A DNA stretch of 64,000 nucleotides from Chrysomallon squamiferum (taxonomy: Eukaryota; Animalia; Mollusca), in assembly GCA_012295275.1 (NCBI GenBank), contig CM022678.1:8370001-8434000 (forward strand). The letters run 5' to 3'. The translations under genes were made by a program, and so were the position numbers. Under the pieces are notes generated by a model that had not been told where the DNA came from, searched no databases, and saw only the letters and a list, made by a program, of their open reading frames with translations. Of the stretch, positions 37,742-51,000 are shown in pieces (position 1 is the stretch's first letter; each line of letters begins with the position of its first letter).

Positions 37742-40197
37742 AAAAAAGAATGTACAAGTAAATGTGAGTTAACATTGCACAAGACTGGAACACAATTTTC
37801 ATTACTGAATTAACAAAATTAATGGTTAATGCCTGTTTGATTAGTACCATAGAAGGTCAGATGCTTGTTTGGTGCTACATTTCATAACATTGACCTTCAT
37901 AGCCATCAGCTCCTGCATTAACACAGCATTTTCCAAATCCAGTCTTTGAGCTTCTGGAGTTTTCTTGGGTTCATCAAGCAGAGGATCAAAGTGTAAACTC
38001 TCCAGCTCCATGACGGTCATTCTGACCGCTGCCCGGTCATTCTTCAGTGACTGAATGTACTCACGCAGTCTCTGTTCATCCAGTTTGGTGAAGTCAGTGT
38101 CCATTCAGCTGGCTGTAGAACTGGACGTGCTGGACAATTCAAAATGAAAAGTTGGTTTGGTAAAGATTATCACTAGAAATGGAAAAGTAAGTTAATCGAC
38201 TTGAAATTTATAATTCTATAAGTCAGGTAAAATCCTTTTAAAAAGATAGTTAACAGATAATAACACAATAACTTTAATAAACTACAAAATCTAAATTTAT
38301 CTTAGTAAGAAAAAAACCCAATTAGATGCAAAACTATGTTCTTATAATTATAAGTCCATTCAGGGTATAAAAATAGATTCCAATAAAGTACAAAATAAAG
38401 ATAATTTATATATAAAAACACAATCACTTAAAGTGTTCAAAACAATGTAGATTAAATTCAATACAAGGTATTGTCTCTGTTTTTGAAGGTAAAACAATAC
38501 AGTCAATTTAAATATAAAGTCAGTTTAAATACTGAAAAACAAACTATTAATGTATAAAAGTAAATTTCAGTATTCAACTTTAAGAGAATAATTAAAATGC
38601 TAAAGACAGAATCTTATTAGACAGAAAAGCAATTATAGTAGAGTAATAAAACAAAGTGAAAGTAGAATACCAGATGTCATCTTTAAGTACTGACAAACAA
38701 AGTGTATTAATTAACAAAGTCAATTTCAGTATTTATAACTAAATCTAAAATAATAGAAAACAAAGTCCATTTAATACAAAAAAATGTCAGTGATATAGCA
38801 GTTACTGAAATAATATATTTTTGTTGTAACTTACACAGACTTCCAAGTCCTGCAGCTCTACAGTTAGCTAACAAAACTCCCATCTCACTCTCCAGCAGAA
38901 CACACAACACTTCATAAGCCTCTATCATCAGATCAGAGTAGTTAATAGCCAACTGCAGTGCTGTGTTATTAAACTCATACTACCCCATCAACACCGTCAA
39001 CCTCTCCGAGTTGGACTTGCTCTCATTCAGAGTCAGGTTAGCCAAGTCATTCTGTGACTTGAGGTGGTCAGTTCTGCTCTGAAGTCTTTCAAACTCAATT
39101 TCAAACTCTTTCACTTTGGTTTCTCCTATCTCAGAACCACACTTGTACAAAGTCTGAACAATTTCCTGCATGTTAGAACAGCCCTGTAAACTCTGCATTA
39201 AATGTTCAGCTAATTTTGTATTTGGAACCTGAAGTAGAAATTATGAGAAAAAGTCATAAGTCAAGAGTTATTTATTCTGTGTTACTGTTTAAAAATTGAT
39301 TTGAAAGGATATTACCACAGGTCAAAAAACATAAGATTTAAAATCAGTTAAATTCATATCAGATGTCATGAAAAATATATCAATGACTTATTCTGTGTTA
39401 TTGTTTAAGAATTTATTTATTTTAGTTAATTTGATACAGAACTGCCATAGGGCAAAATATATTAGGTTAAAAATCAGATATGAAAAATAATTAATAATAA
39501 TTCTGTGTTACTAATTTATTTATTTGGGTGATTTGATTTGGAAAAAATCAGATAAAACATTAAAGTTTAATGAGTTAAATTCATACTGAAATTTTGAAAA
39601 ATACTGTCAATCAAACATATCCTGTCAATTTTTTCTTATCTGACTTGGATTTACCAACAAAAAAAAAAAAAAACACATTTAAATGACTTTGGAAAAAAAT
39701 AATGAGTTATTCAGTATCAGTGCTTATGTTTTTAATTTCTACTGAAAATTATCAAAATAACAATTGTGAATTGAAACATTATGGAAATTCCAAAAAATAC
39801 ACTGACTGTCAATATATTCCAATTTACTTTTTTAAATGTGTTAAACATAAAAAGTTATAAATGCAAATATTTGTGTGTTTTATGTGGTTATTCAAAAAAA
39901 CATTACAAAAGTTGAAAAAAAATTTTTTAGTAAAATTTAACAAACACATTAGAACAGATTAAAATGATGTCAAATATAAAATTATCTGATTTTGTTTTTT
40001 TTTTCTAGCACATTGGGAATAAATCACTGTGTGAACACAGATATATAAATGATGTTAATTTCAGCATCAAGAATCTGTCTGTCTCCAGCACATGTTTTTA
40101 ATTTCTTCAGTTCTGCTATTTTAGTTACAGGAAACCGATCGCTGCCTGCAGTGGTCCTGTGAATTAATTAATATTAAATAAATAAATAAATAAATCA

Positions 40198-40247
<50 letters not shown>

Positions 40248-40529
40248 AAATAAATAAATAAATAAACAGAATATTTACATAAATACTTAAATAATAAATA
40301 GACCATCAAATGGATGTCATACAATAGAAAGAAATGGATGTACAAAGAAAAACTAATATATATGTATACACTGTCTATCTCCACTGATTCCCTTAGTTAC
40401 ATGCAATAAAGATGAGAAACAAAATAAGAAATGTTTATTTATACCTCTCTCCTGTATTTGGATTTACTTGTGACTTTGTTGGTGTTGATGTCTGATTGTT
40501 CATGGGACTAGAAGACAAATCTGTCAGAG

Positions 40530-40850
40530 GTAACTTTTTCAACTGTAACTCTTTCAACTGTAACAAAAATGTAACAGTTTGTCCTCTAACTCTTTCAGTT
40601 GTAACAATTTATTCTGCAATTTTCAACAGTAACAAAATGTAACAGTTTATTATGTAAGTTTCAACTGTAACAAAATGTAACAATTTATCCTCTAGCTTTT
40701 TCAACTGTAACAAAATGAAACAGTTTATCCTGTACTTCTTTCAGCTGTAAACAAAAATGTCACAATTTATTCTGTAACTCTTTCAGCTGTAAAAAAAAAT
40801 GTGGAATAATTTTCAGCTGTAAACAAAAATGGAATAATTTATCCTTTAAC
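40530..40850. repeat. Degenerate tandem repeat of about 40 bp in an MCC intron
   Basis: Recurrent tttcaactgtaacaaaatgtaacagtttatcct-like units. Confidence 0.8.
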
Positions 40851-43156
40851 TATTTTCATATGAACTTTACTAACAACTTAACAGTACTTTTTTAAAGAAT
40901 GTAACAATTTGATGCAGTTACTAACAATTTAACTGTTACTCTTTCATAGAAAAGCTTAATGCAGAAATTATTAACAGAAGCCATACTATATAACTGAAGG
41001 AAAAAGCAATCTTAATAATTAAATTTTGTGTTTTAATTATACCTACAAATAAAAATGCAAATATAATTATTTTAATATCTTTGCGGAGTTACCTTTCTTT
41101 TCAACTTCTCCCTGTCATCATTAATATCTTCAATAAGCTACATAGCTGTGTAAGTTCTGTTTTCTGTCTACCTATCTGTTTTTGACTTTCAGCGTTGTCT
41201 AAAACAAAACAAAAAATAAAAACAACAACAAAAAAAGCATTTATAATTATTCTCGGTTTTAATGTTGTATATACTGTGATTTAGTAATTAAAAAAAAAAA
41301 AACATGAAGCGAATTTTAATTTTATTTGTAAATTTAATTCTATTTTTCTCTTCTGATCAAATTAACTGATTGAAAGAATATCTAATTTTAATTATATATT
41401 TATTTGGTACTTTTCTTTTTAATGCCTTCTAACAGTAATTAAATGAGAAGAAAAAAAATTAAAATTTATTACCTGGACTCGCATACTGGGAGCCATTTGC
41501 ATTATTCTCGTTGATACTTCCTCCATCATCTTCAAACTCATCTTCTTCTCTACAAAGAAAGGAAAAAAAACAAATTATCAAATTTCTTTACACTTTCTGA
41601 AATTTGTTATTTTCAACAAATTCCTAGAAATTATTTCTTAGTCTTTCATTAAACACAGTGAAGAACAGCAAGCTAATGGCATTGTTTTACATCTGAAGAA
41701 TGACTGACTTGACTCATACAATGAAAGAAAACATATTTCTGAAAATTTCAGGTTTTCAGGAATCTTTCCTTGTGCATTATAAATAGTGAAAAACCAGCAA
41801 ACAAATAGTATTATTTTAAAATAAATAATGATAAACCAAAACTATGTTTCATTATGTGAACAGATATATTATATTATTGCTATCATCATTGCATTAAAAA
41901 CAGTGAAGAACTGCAAACTCACACTATATATTATTTAATAAAAACTACTGACCTGATGACATTAATCTGCTGTCTGTCTGTTTTCTTCATCAGCTCTGCA
42001 ATGACGTTGTGAAGTTCAGTGACGCGTTCCTCGTAGCGTGTCGCAGACTGGTCATCTCTGTCATCGAAGTCTTTCTCACTGTGAATCTTCTCAGTCTTAG
42101 TGACAACAAACACTCAGATTTCAGTAACAAACACATAAAATAATAATTAAACAGACAGAATAAGAAAATTATTTATTAATGGTACATGCATTCTTTTATA
42201 CAATTAAAAAAAAAAAAATAAAAATAATAAGAAAACTATTTATTAATGGAATATGCTATTATAAAATAAAATAAAAATAATAATAATATTTAAAATCACA
42301 TTAGAAAAACTATATATAAAAATTATATACTTATATATTAGTAAACTAGTTAATTAAAAACAATAAAATTTAAACATATACAAAAATATTTGAAATTTTG
42401 AATATTTCTTGTATATAACTGTGTCTATTAATAAATTAGTAACTCAAAAACATACAGAGTAAACATTCACAATATTTAAAATTAACAGACTTATTTTTAA
42501 TGAATTTCAATTTGTATATATTGTATTTATTGGACCTATGTATTTGTTCTGTGTTTTAGTGTCTGTATAATAAAACATCATAAATAAGTAATCAAATAAA
42601 TACATAAATAAAACCAAATAAGGAAGTAAGTAAATAAATAATAAAACTATATTATTCATTTCAATTATTAGACATCTCTCTTACCGGCTATATTACTGTT
42701 ACCGGCTAAATTAAACACTGGAAACAAAATATAACAAAAATTTGTTTTCACTGAATAATAAATTTTATAAACAATTTTCAAATTTAATGCAAGAACAAAA
42801 ATTATGTTCTGTACTTTATGTATCTAATTCAACAACTGAAGAATCCACAATGACTGCAAGTCTCCACCAATGAAATTCCATCAATCTGACACCTCATTTG
42901 CATATGACCTACTTTTTATTTCTAAACCTATCTGTAGAAATGTCAAATGACTGTTCTTTGACTGGGCTTTTAAAACAGTGCTGGTTATAAATATGTTCAT
43001 TTAAAAAAATAAAATAAATAAATAAATATAAATAATTATTATATAATTTCACATGTACTTTTGTCTCTGTACTGCATACACACAAACAGATGCACAAACA
43101 GATGCACACACAGACATAAACAGGAAAGGGGAAGAAACCTATTGGACCACACTTAC

Positions 43157-43177
43157 CTTTAACAGCAAACCTGCCAT
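43157..43177 (-). CDS. Candidate short first coding exon of the MCC locus (MAGLLLK)
   Basis: GTCATGG start context and a perfect AAG|GTAAGT donor. Phase 0 is compatible with the exon starting at 42095. There is no homology support. Confidence 0.25.
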
Positions 43178-45759
43178 GACAGCAATTAAAACCAACAGTT
43201 ACATAAACCAACTGACAGATGTGAGGTCACAGTTACCTGAATGTGGCCTCTGACAGACCTGCGGACACAAAATGTAGACAGTGATACAACTCAAGTCATT
43301 AGCATGCAGCTACTGCAGTGTCCATCACCATAGAAACTCCAGCCAGTTCTGATACCTTGCAAAACATGCAAACTTTCAGCAACTACATGAAACACAATCA
43401 AAAATGCACTTCACTTACCAACATGATAGACTCAGCTACCACTAAACACAAACCTAAAACCAAAAACTGCGCTGACAAAATATCCATTGTGTTAAAAAAA
43501 ATAATAAAAAGATGACAGCAAAATAACTCTACTAATAGATAACCATTTAATAACAAAGAAAATCATTCAAATTTTTGGTGGTCACATTCGACAGCCAACT
43601 TTGGATGCCACATACAGAAGATAAAAACTTTTACCAAGCATTACACTGCCTGAGAGTCTCGTGTTAGAATAAAACATACAACCATTAAAATACACACAAA
43701 AACCTACACACACTAAAATACTGTGTTAAAATCCACTCTCAGTAATAATCATCTCATGAAGGATCTAGGCCCTGATCAACCCTTTAAAACTCACCTTTCA
43801 CTATAATCTAATTTTTAAACAACAGTCAGCCATATTGAAATGTAGACTGGAGTGGGTGAATATTGCAATCAGCAAATAGTAATCAAATAAAATAAACATT
43901 AGTTACACCTTTCATCATCAAAACTCAAAATCATTTTAGTATAAAACTAAATAAAAACCATACCAGACTCAGAATCAACTATTCCACCAATCTAAACACA
44001 ATCAAATTCAAACTCAAGATAAACACAAAACCAAACTTTAGCTGTGGAATTTCTGAAACCACTTCTCTGTGCACATGTTTCCAGTGAACACCTAATGCTA
44101 CATGACACATTCTATGAATTAAAAACTGAATTTATACTAAAAACCATCTTGATAGAAACAGTGAAAAACTGAGAGCCAACCTTTAATTCAAACAAATAAA
44201 TAGACACAAATGTTTGATCAATTAAATTCAAAAACATAACATAAAATAACACAATCACAGAGGTGAAAAAAAAATAAAAAAATAAATAGCATACAATAAC
44301 AAACAAAATAAAAAGCAAGTACACCACTACAAAACAATTGTATAAATTATTTAATTAATAGATTAACTGGCTCACCAACTGATAGATTTGCTGACACAGA
44401 ACTTCAGAACATATTTTAAAAGTTCCACATTTTCTTGACACAAGGAAGTAAACTGGTTCAGGCTGGAGTGGGCTGTTTGGAATGTGAACTTTCTGTACTA
44501 ACAAGTCAAACTGAAGAAGACAGTTAGCTTTTTCTTAAAAATAAAAATGAAAACAAAATTTAAAATAACAAACAAAAACATACTGCAATATAAAATCAAT
44601 TAATCAAAGAATTAATACAATATCCTCAAAATTATATCACTTAATCTGTTAGAAAAATTACTCATTATTCAAATGAATTCTCATCCTGTGCAATAGCAGT
44701 CTGTTGATTCTCCCCCCAATGTGAAGATTTAGTCTCACATGCAGACAGTATTTTCAAATTACTCCCTTTGAATCCTGTGACTGACTCAGACAAAATTAGT
44801 CATAATCTTGAGGAAAATGCTGCAGAAACTGAACTATCTTTTCTCTGTCTTCACATATAAAGTGTGTGAATTAATTTTCTTCTGCCAGATTTCTTTTCTC
44901 TCTCAGAGTTACCCCATTCACTCTGCAGTGCTGTGAGTTTGTCCTGACTAATGCTGTAAAAAAGCAATAAAAGATATAAGCAGACACCCAACACACACAC
45001 ACACACATTCAAATGTCCTCTATAAAAATGAAGGAGAAATTATAAATTAGCTGCTGCTTAAATAGGAAAAATACTAATGAAAAAACCCATACAAGTTCTC
45101 TCTGCTTTGTTCATTGGAGTGCTTTGAAGAACTTCCAGAAGTATCTTTTCAGCAGCAAAACAAACAAAACAATCTGAATTCTTATAATACTTATACAGTG
45201 GTAAATTATTTGCAATAACTGTCCTAATTCAGATGATAACATTTTTTTATTTTATAAAAATCATTTTAATGAGTCTTGTTTATCAAGTTAAAATATATTA
45301 CAATCGATTTAACACTTAAAATATTCTGATTTCCAAATATAATTCAATAACTGTCTCTAATATGAATAAATAATATTACTCTAGAATAACTGACTTTTTT
45401 CTTCTTCTTCTTATGAATATCTATTACTGACATTTTCAACTTGAGACAAATGTCTTTCAAGTTGATGATGATGCACGTTATGTCAGCTCGAAATTTAAAA
45501 AAAAATGTGGTTTAGTCGCCCAAAAACTATTTTTTGGATCATCGTATAACATTATTAATAATTTTATAGCAAATATTTATTTCACATAAAAGTTTGTTCA
45601 TAATTCGATAAATTGAAAGTATCGGCTTACCTTAATTTGTCAACATATAAAAAGAAATACGAAAATTCTTTATTAATTAAAATAGCCCCAAAAATGAGGT
45701 CCTAGTTATACAAATCAGCTGGTAAGACACTTTCAAACAAACCTTGACAAAAATGGAAT

Positions 45760-45827
<68 letters not shown>

Positions 45828-46057
45828 TTATAGTATTATACGCTTGGATTTTTCAAAAGAAACAAAAATTAAAGGAAAGCAACATGAAATGACAGTGAGT
45901 AAAGTTTAGCGTGTGACAAAAATAAGAAAATCAATGACCTTCCTCTATAAAATATGCAGATGTTCAACTTTTCTTTTTAGTATTTTTTTCTTTCTTTCTT
46001 TATTTCTTTTATTTTTTTATTTTTATTTATTTTTTATTCTGGGTAAGTAATCCTACC

Positions 46058-46291
46058 GGAATTGAAAACGAAAAACAATAGCAAATACAGGGTTATAGAG
46101 TTATCTTCCATGATAACTAGTTCCGTTAACCAACCGATAATATTTTAGGTAACGCTCAAAAAGTTCGCTAAATGTTTTCGTTGGCTTCTCTTTAGCCAAT
46201 TAAAGGTGGAATTAAAAAGGAAAAACAATAGCAAACAATTAGCTACAGAGTTATCTCCTATGATAACTTGTTCCGTTAACCAACCGATAAT
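46058..46291. repeat. Two direct copies of an approximately 85-bp unit with an internal AGTTATC-N6-GATAACT palindrome
   Basis: ggaatt...aaaaacaatagcaaa...agagttatc......gataact.gttccgttaaccaaccgataat at about 46058-46141 and 46208-46291. Confidence 0.85.
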
Positions 46292-46861
46292 CCTTTTATT
46301 TAGTGTTTATAGATTTACTTAATATAATTGCAAAAGAAAAAATTATGATTATTAAATACGTTATTTGGGTTAATATAATCGAAAGAAGATAAATAAAAAT
46401 TATCCTCATCAATAGAAATTTGTTTCTACATTATGATAATGCTAGCTAAAATTTTATAACTGGAAACAAAATAATTTGTAATATTTATTTCAACAAAAAT
46501 ACGTTTTTATATGAAAAATAAAATTTTAGAAAAAACTTCTAAAAATTGTAAGATTTCTGATTTATCCAGTAAAACTATCTTAATAAAATATACAACAACA
46601 AATAAAAAAGAATACTAAGATTTTATTTTACAAAAATGTGTTAAATTGATATATATAATTTGACAGATAAAGTAACCTGCAAATTACTAATTAAATAAAT
46701 TTCTAATTTCTGATTTTATCTTCGAAACAACAAATACATGCATATGTAGGTTTACACATTTCCTTCCATTTTGTATTTTATTGACATACTTTTACTGGGT
46801 AAATCTTTACAAGTCTTGGTATTTTATATTTGGGTTATATGATTAAGTAGATTATTCTTTC

Positions 46862-46892
<31 letters not shown>

Positions 46893-47443
46893 GATACAAG
46901 AGATATATTTAAAAAAACAAACAAAAACAAACAAAAAAAAACGAATAAAACATCTTCCTTGAAATAAACACATTTTATTATAAAACATTTTTTTAATTAT
47001 TTTTTAGCCAAGTAATCAATTATTTCTAAGATCAATACTATTCATCGTCTTTTCAAATTTGTATCATAAGAATTAATGTCATATTTTTCACCACTGTTTG
47101 AAATACACTTTGAAATAAACATCATTTTCCCTATCATGTATTGTCTGAGTGTTTTTATTTTTCTCACTTATTAGGATCATTTGAAATATTAGTTCTTGTT
47201 TAAGACAGCTGCAGACTTGACTGTACTTGGTGCTGTGTCTGATCAAACATTTTTCTCCCTGTTGTGACTGACTGAAAAAGAGGCAGAACTGAATCCAGCA
47301 TCTGTTTCATGATTTCTGAATCAGTCTGGCATCAACTGACAAAACTTTGATAGCAAAAACTCAAATCTTCATCAAACTTGGCCATAGATTTTCATTTCTG
47401 CTTTCATATGTCTGTGCACTGAACTCCATCAAACCATCCTATA

Positions 47444-47453
<10 letters not shown>

Positions 47454-47503
<50 letters not shown>

Positions 47504-47548
47504 AAGAAGAAGAAGAAGAAGAAGAAGAAGAAGAAGAAGAAGAAGAAG

Positions 47549-47579
<31 letters not shown>

Positions 47580-47580
47580 G
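47454..47580. repeat. Compound (AAT)n(AAG)n(AAC)n microsatellite
   Basis: Consecutive trinucleotide runs. Confidence 0.95.
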
Positions 47581-48029
47581 TAATAATTGTGATATTAGCA
47601 ACAAGAATAGTAATTACAATAATAATAGTTTACTGTTCTAATATTAATCATAATAATAACTTTTATTACAATAAAAAGTAAAATAGTAATATTATAATAA
47701 CATGAAAAAAATTGTATTGTATTACATTTTTGAATATTTAACTGTCAAGAATACCTGTAATCTTGTAACATGATGATGGAAGGAGAAGAATTAATTCAGA
47801 AAGAAATAATTTTTGAAAAATAATTTAAATATAATTTTTGTTTTAACATTTAAAATTATTTAAAATATCTTTTAATAAAATACTTAAACAGTAACAAAAT
47901 AAATATATCATTAACATCAATGATGTCAGGTTGTTTCACAAAAACACTTCTATCAGAGGCATGCACTAACATACACACATTAAATATACATACATACAGA
48001 GAGAGAGAGTTAATTTATTTACTGAGCAT

Positions 48030-51000
48030 CTACAAATATAGATCATGCCAGCAAAAAAATGACTTTCTTGATCCAACAATTCTCTTACGTGAAGGATTCA
48101 GATTAAGGCTTCTGGACTTTTTACTGTTAGGACTAATATTAATTTACTGCTTCAAAACTTCCTTATCTACATTATGCATCAGTTTGATAAGTCCTTCCAT
48201 CAACACTCTACCAGCCAGTCAGAACAAAGTTTCTCTTGTGAGATCTTTTCCAGATGAGCTTTGTCTTAGCAGTGAAAATTATATAAAAATCAAAAATATT
48301 GTTCGCGAGATATTAGTGACTGGACATTCTAACTTTCCATAATGAGTTTCTTGTAAAACAATTAAATGACAATGATGATTATTTAAACATTTTCCATACC
48401 AACAACTATACCGTATTAATAGGATCAGTAAAAAATGTCCTGATGTTTGAAGACAGTATCTATTCGGCTTTTGTACAACAGTTTATTTTAAAAAGCAATT
48501 CACAAAATATAAATTTTTGACTGAATGCATTAAACTAGAAATACCTGATTAAACAGAAGTAATTTAAAACTCATTAAACAACATAAAACATAAAATGAGA
48601 TGTTGATTGAGAAGAAAAAACATCACCACAATTTAAAAAGTCTTCAGCTGTATTTTTCTGTATTTTTGTTTAGCACACATTAAAACATTTCCATATACAT
48701 AAAATAATCTCGTATTAATGCTTCAACATTTTTAGAATTATTATCATTTAAAATATTTTTTCGTTGTGCAGAATTCCAAGCTTTCATAAAAATCTATGCT
48801 TGTTGCTGAAAGTTAGTTTGGAAAATGTGAGCACACTTTTGACTTCTTTACATCATGTGCTGGTATTGAGGAATGAGAGGAAGTCTGTCATACAATCTCC
48901 AGTTTACTGCCCTTTATCTTAATTTCATTACTAAAACTACACAATGTGAGATCTGACTCATATCATGCTGGCTAGTCACATTTGATGTTTTTAAAAATTA
49001 ACATACTATTGTAGTATTTAATTTATTATAATTAAAAAAAAAAAATTATTATTATAAATAATCAAAAGATGTGCAGATAAAAAGAACTGTCAGTGTGTAA
49101 AATAAAGGACCTTTTTCTCTTTTCTAAACGTGTGGAAATGTTTTGAGAACAAAATGGAATAAAAATTTAGTTAGTTTGTTGTTTAGTTTTTGTTTTATGT
49201 TTTGTTTCTTTGTTAACTTTCTTTATTTTTTCTGTGTGAGCGTTGTTTCCCTTTCACCATGATTAACACATTATTTTTTTTATTATGTAAAGCAGTTTCA
49301 AACTTAAATAAGTGTGTTAAATTCTGCAACTTTTTACCCTATGTTATATTTACATTAAAGGTGAGTGCAAATGGTTAATTATAAAATTGTTTACTTCCTC
49401 AAAAATTAAAAACTAAAATGACTCATTTTCATTCCTAAACATACACAAAATATATTTATTTTTTTACTAACATTTTAGAGTTGTCCCACAATTAACAGTT
49501 GACTCTAAAACACAAAATATTGTAATTTAGAACATTCAATTTTCTTTTGAAAAGCAAGTTACTGTCATAAACACAATTAAAAACATTCTTTTCTTGGACA
49601 TGTATGCACTTTTAAATGAGATAATAAGAATAAAAAATAAATAAATAAAAATAAATAGCCATTTGTAATATTATATTTTAAACCAATTTTAAAAATCAGT
49701 TTTTTTCCAAAATACAACATTCATAAATGTCGTGTCACCAGATGAAATGCTGCTATCATTTTACTGTTCCTGATTGTTATCTTTGTCAGTAGAATAAAAT
49801 TAAAACCATTTTTCTCAAGAATCTAAATAAAATACAACAAGGTGTAACAAAAAGGGCAGTACCTGATGTAAATGAAGATTTTATAACAGAGCTGGGATCC
49901 TTCCTCCAGTTTGTTCAGATTGTAGTCAGCCAATGTTTCACCAGAAATCTTCACAGACAGGTAGACTTGTAGTGCCTCATACCAGAGAACTGTGTGAAAT
50001 AACAAAAATATGTGATATACTGAAATTTAAAAAACAATCACATTTAGCCATCATCACAGAAGTCATAGAACAAATCTTTATAATAATAACAATAACAAAA
50101 TAAGAATAACAATAATGATGATGATGATTAAGAACAGATAAATAAATTATATTAATGATAATAATGATGACACTAAGAAGAAAAACAATAAACTGAAATC
50201 ATAAATAAACAAATAATCCATTTAACGAAGGACCCTGTCTAATAATAAAGATTTTTTCATGGTGTTTATCTTTTCATTTTTCATTATTTTCCCAAATTGT
50301 TGACAATTTTAGGCTACTTAATTATTGAATAAATACATTAAATTCCTTATAAATGTTATAGAGAAATAAAACTTTTGCTACATACCAGAGGAAAGTGGTT
50401 TCAGCTGGTTTTCAGATAATCCTCACGTTCTTGATAAAACAAAATTGGCATCTGTGATAAAAAAAGAAAAAGAATCAGAAAAAGAAAATTGTATCTGATC
50501 ATTCTTTGAAGCTAAATTTTATATCCAAACAACATTTATAATTAAAATAAACCATATATCTGTGATACTTAAGGACTGTCATTCTTATAAACTAAATAAA
50601 AAAATAAAAACAACTAACCTTTGAATCCAGTGAAAATGCAGGTGACATCACAACACCAATAGCAGATCAAAATGCTGAAGAAGGATTTCCACTTTCAGCA
50701 ACAAGCAGTCACAGTTTCTGAAACACTGAACATAGAAAAAACTGAGTTGTATAAGCATATAACAAATTACATGCTTAAACATACAATAACTGGTTATAGT
50801 TAAAAACTTTTATCTAATTATATATTTCTCTACATTAAATATTTAAATAAAACTTTTTAAAATAATTAAAAAAAAAAATCCTGATTAAAAGACGATTATC
50901 TCTCTATTATTTGAAATTTTAGAGATCATGCATTACTTTAGTTTTCATGTTACAGAAGCACAGACAATGAAATTCTAATCCTGTGTAAATGAATAAATAC

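Larger units (their letters stand above)
34127..42095 (-). pseudogene. MCC: Unprocessed (intron-retaining) pseudogene of colorectal mutant cancer protein MCC
   Basis: Exons appear in the order recalled for human MCC: 42095-41953 (YEERVTELHNVIAEL), 41549-41473 (REEDEF), about 40156-40045 (FPVTKIAELKKL), 39228-38835 (LAEHLMQSLQGCSNMQEIVQTLY...EFEIEFERLQSRTDHLKSQNDL...CRAAGLGS), 38129-37895 (DTDFTKLDEQRLREYIQSLKNDRAAV...QRLDLENAVLMQELMAMK), 37544-37366 (EEKVELKAQNYLMEKEK...IEHLK), 35877-35687 and 34306-34127 (...NETSL*). Lesions: TAG at 38980-38982, TGA at 38105-38107, and frameshifts near 37490 and 34245. Confidence 0.93.

Noticed and set aside
38105-38107. In-frame TGA in MCC as selenocysteine or programmed readthrough
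   Set aside because: The same gene also has a TAG and two frameshifts, so pseudogenisation explains it more simply.
47920-48342. 140-aa plus-strand ORF
   Set aside because: No recognisable motif; the opposite strand looks more like a decayed exon.
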